A stretch of DNA of 64,000 bases from Felis catus (Eukaryota): assembly GCF_018350175.1 (NCBI RefSeq), contig NC_058368.1, forward strand, positions 19,098,001 through 19,162,000. Reading direction: 5' to 3'. The first letter of the stretch is position 1. Each line of letters starts with the position of its first letter. Of this stretch, positions 63,140 through 64,000 are shown piece after piece. The notes below the pieces were generated by a model, which made no database searches, was not told the DNA's origin, and saw only the letters and a list, made by a program, of their open reading frames with translations. The position numbers were made by a program, and so were the translations under genes.

Positions 63140-63610
63140 TCTGGAAAATAGTACGGAGGTTCCTCAAGAAAATAAAAATAGAACTACCCTACAACCCAGT
63201 AGTTGTACAGCTAGGTATTTATCCAAAGGATACAAACATGCTGATTCGTAGGGGCACATGTACCCTAATGTTTATAGCAGCACTATCAACAATAGCTAAA
63301 GCATGGAAAGAGCCCAAATGTCCACTGTTTGATGAATGGATAAAGAAGATGTGGTATATATATATATACACACATACACATGTGTATATGTACATATATA
63401 TATGTATATGTATATGTACATATACATATGTATATACATATATATGTATATGTACATATATATACATACACATATATGTATATGTACATATACATATGTA
63501 TATATGTATATGTACATATACATATGTATATACATACATATATATGTATATGTACATATATATACATACACATGTGTATATGTATATACACATATACACA
63601 CATATGTATG

Positions 63611-63641
<31 letters not shown>

Positions 63642-64000
63642 GAATATTACTCAGTGACCAAAAAGAATGAAATCTTGCCATTTGCAACAATGTGGATGGA
63701 ACTAGGGTGTATTATGCTCATTGAAATAAGTCAGAGAATGACACGTATTATATGATTTCACTCATGTGGAATTTAAGAAACAAAACGGATAAACATAGGG
63801 GAAGGGAAGCAAAAATGAGATAAAAACAGAGAGAGAGACACAAACCACAAAAGACTTAAATGCAGAGAACAAACTGAGGGTTGCTGGTGGGGTGTTGGGT
63901 GGGGGATGGGCTAAATGGATGATGAGCATTAAGGAGGGCACTTGTTGGAATGAGCACCGGATGTTATGTGTAAGTGATGAATCACTAAATTCTACTCTTG
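63140..64000 (+). mobile_element. Felid L1 3' end running off the window, with an expanded TA/CA/TG low-complexity tract at 63355-63641
   Basis: KKIKIELPYNP..LGIYPKD ORF2 end plus 3'UTR. Confidence 0.92.

Larger units (their letters stand above)
61440..63140. repeat. Diverged tandem duplication, about 860-bp unit, two copies (about 61440-62300 and 62310-63140)
   Basis: Shared colinear blocks: tttatatctcacctttc (61479/62341), aaaatgcacatt..aagact, aaatcaagttt.tgta, ctccttgctccaaa, tctcatac.tggg, atgacctg, gtgtcaaaga. The second copy carries a SINE insertion and a deletion. Confidence 0.85.

Noticed and set aside
63109..63755. Several long Y/I/M/C/H-rich ORFs
   Set aside because: Artefacts of a stop-free TA/CA/TG microsatellite inside an L1 3' end.

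Overview
Mammalian genomic DNA from a felid (young SINEC_Fc-type Can-SINEs, carnivore/felid L1s). The backbone is the 5' and central part of TPTE2/TPIP, the voltage-sensing PTEN-like phosphoinositide phosphatase (VSP), on the minus strand. I traced 11 coding exons between 61544 and 13086, all with GT-AG borders. They splice into one open frame of 914 nt: N-terminal repeat exon, S1-S4 voltage sensor, linker, and the phosphatase domain up to HCKGGK(G). The start codon and the exons after the catalytic loop are not in the window. The introns are mostly transposons: four near-full-length dead L1s, several truncated or twin-primed L1s, about 20 Can-SINEs, a class I ERV pol fragment, a class III (HERV-S/ERV-L-like) pol-env-LTR remnant, and MLT1, MER5, MER20, MIR and L2 copies. 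Most interesting observations: (1) a colinear series of decayed plus-strand exon-like pieces at 36110-39261 resembling an intelectin/fibrinogen-related lectin gene nested antisense in TPTE2 introns (by-eye inference only); (2) Gln in place of an S4 gating Arg, with the S4-end His retained; (3) tandem duplication of the N-terminal exon unit, one copy frameshifted; (4) an env-bearing class III ERV lacking its 5' half, with a PBS-like motif after its downstream LTR. Exon coordinates were counted by hand. Repeat boundaries are approximate and family names come from recognition, not a database search.
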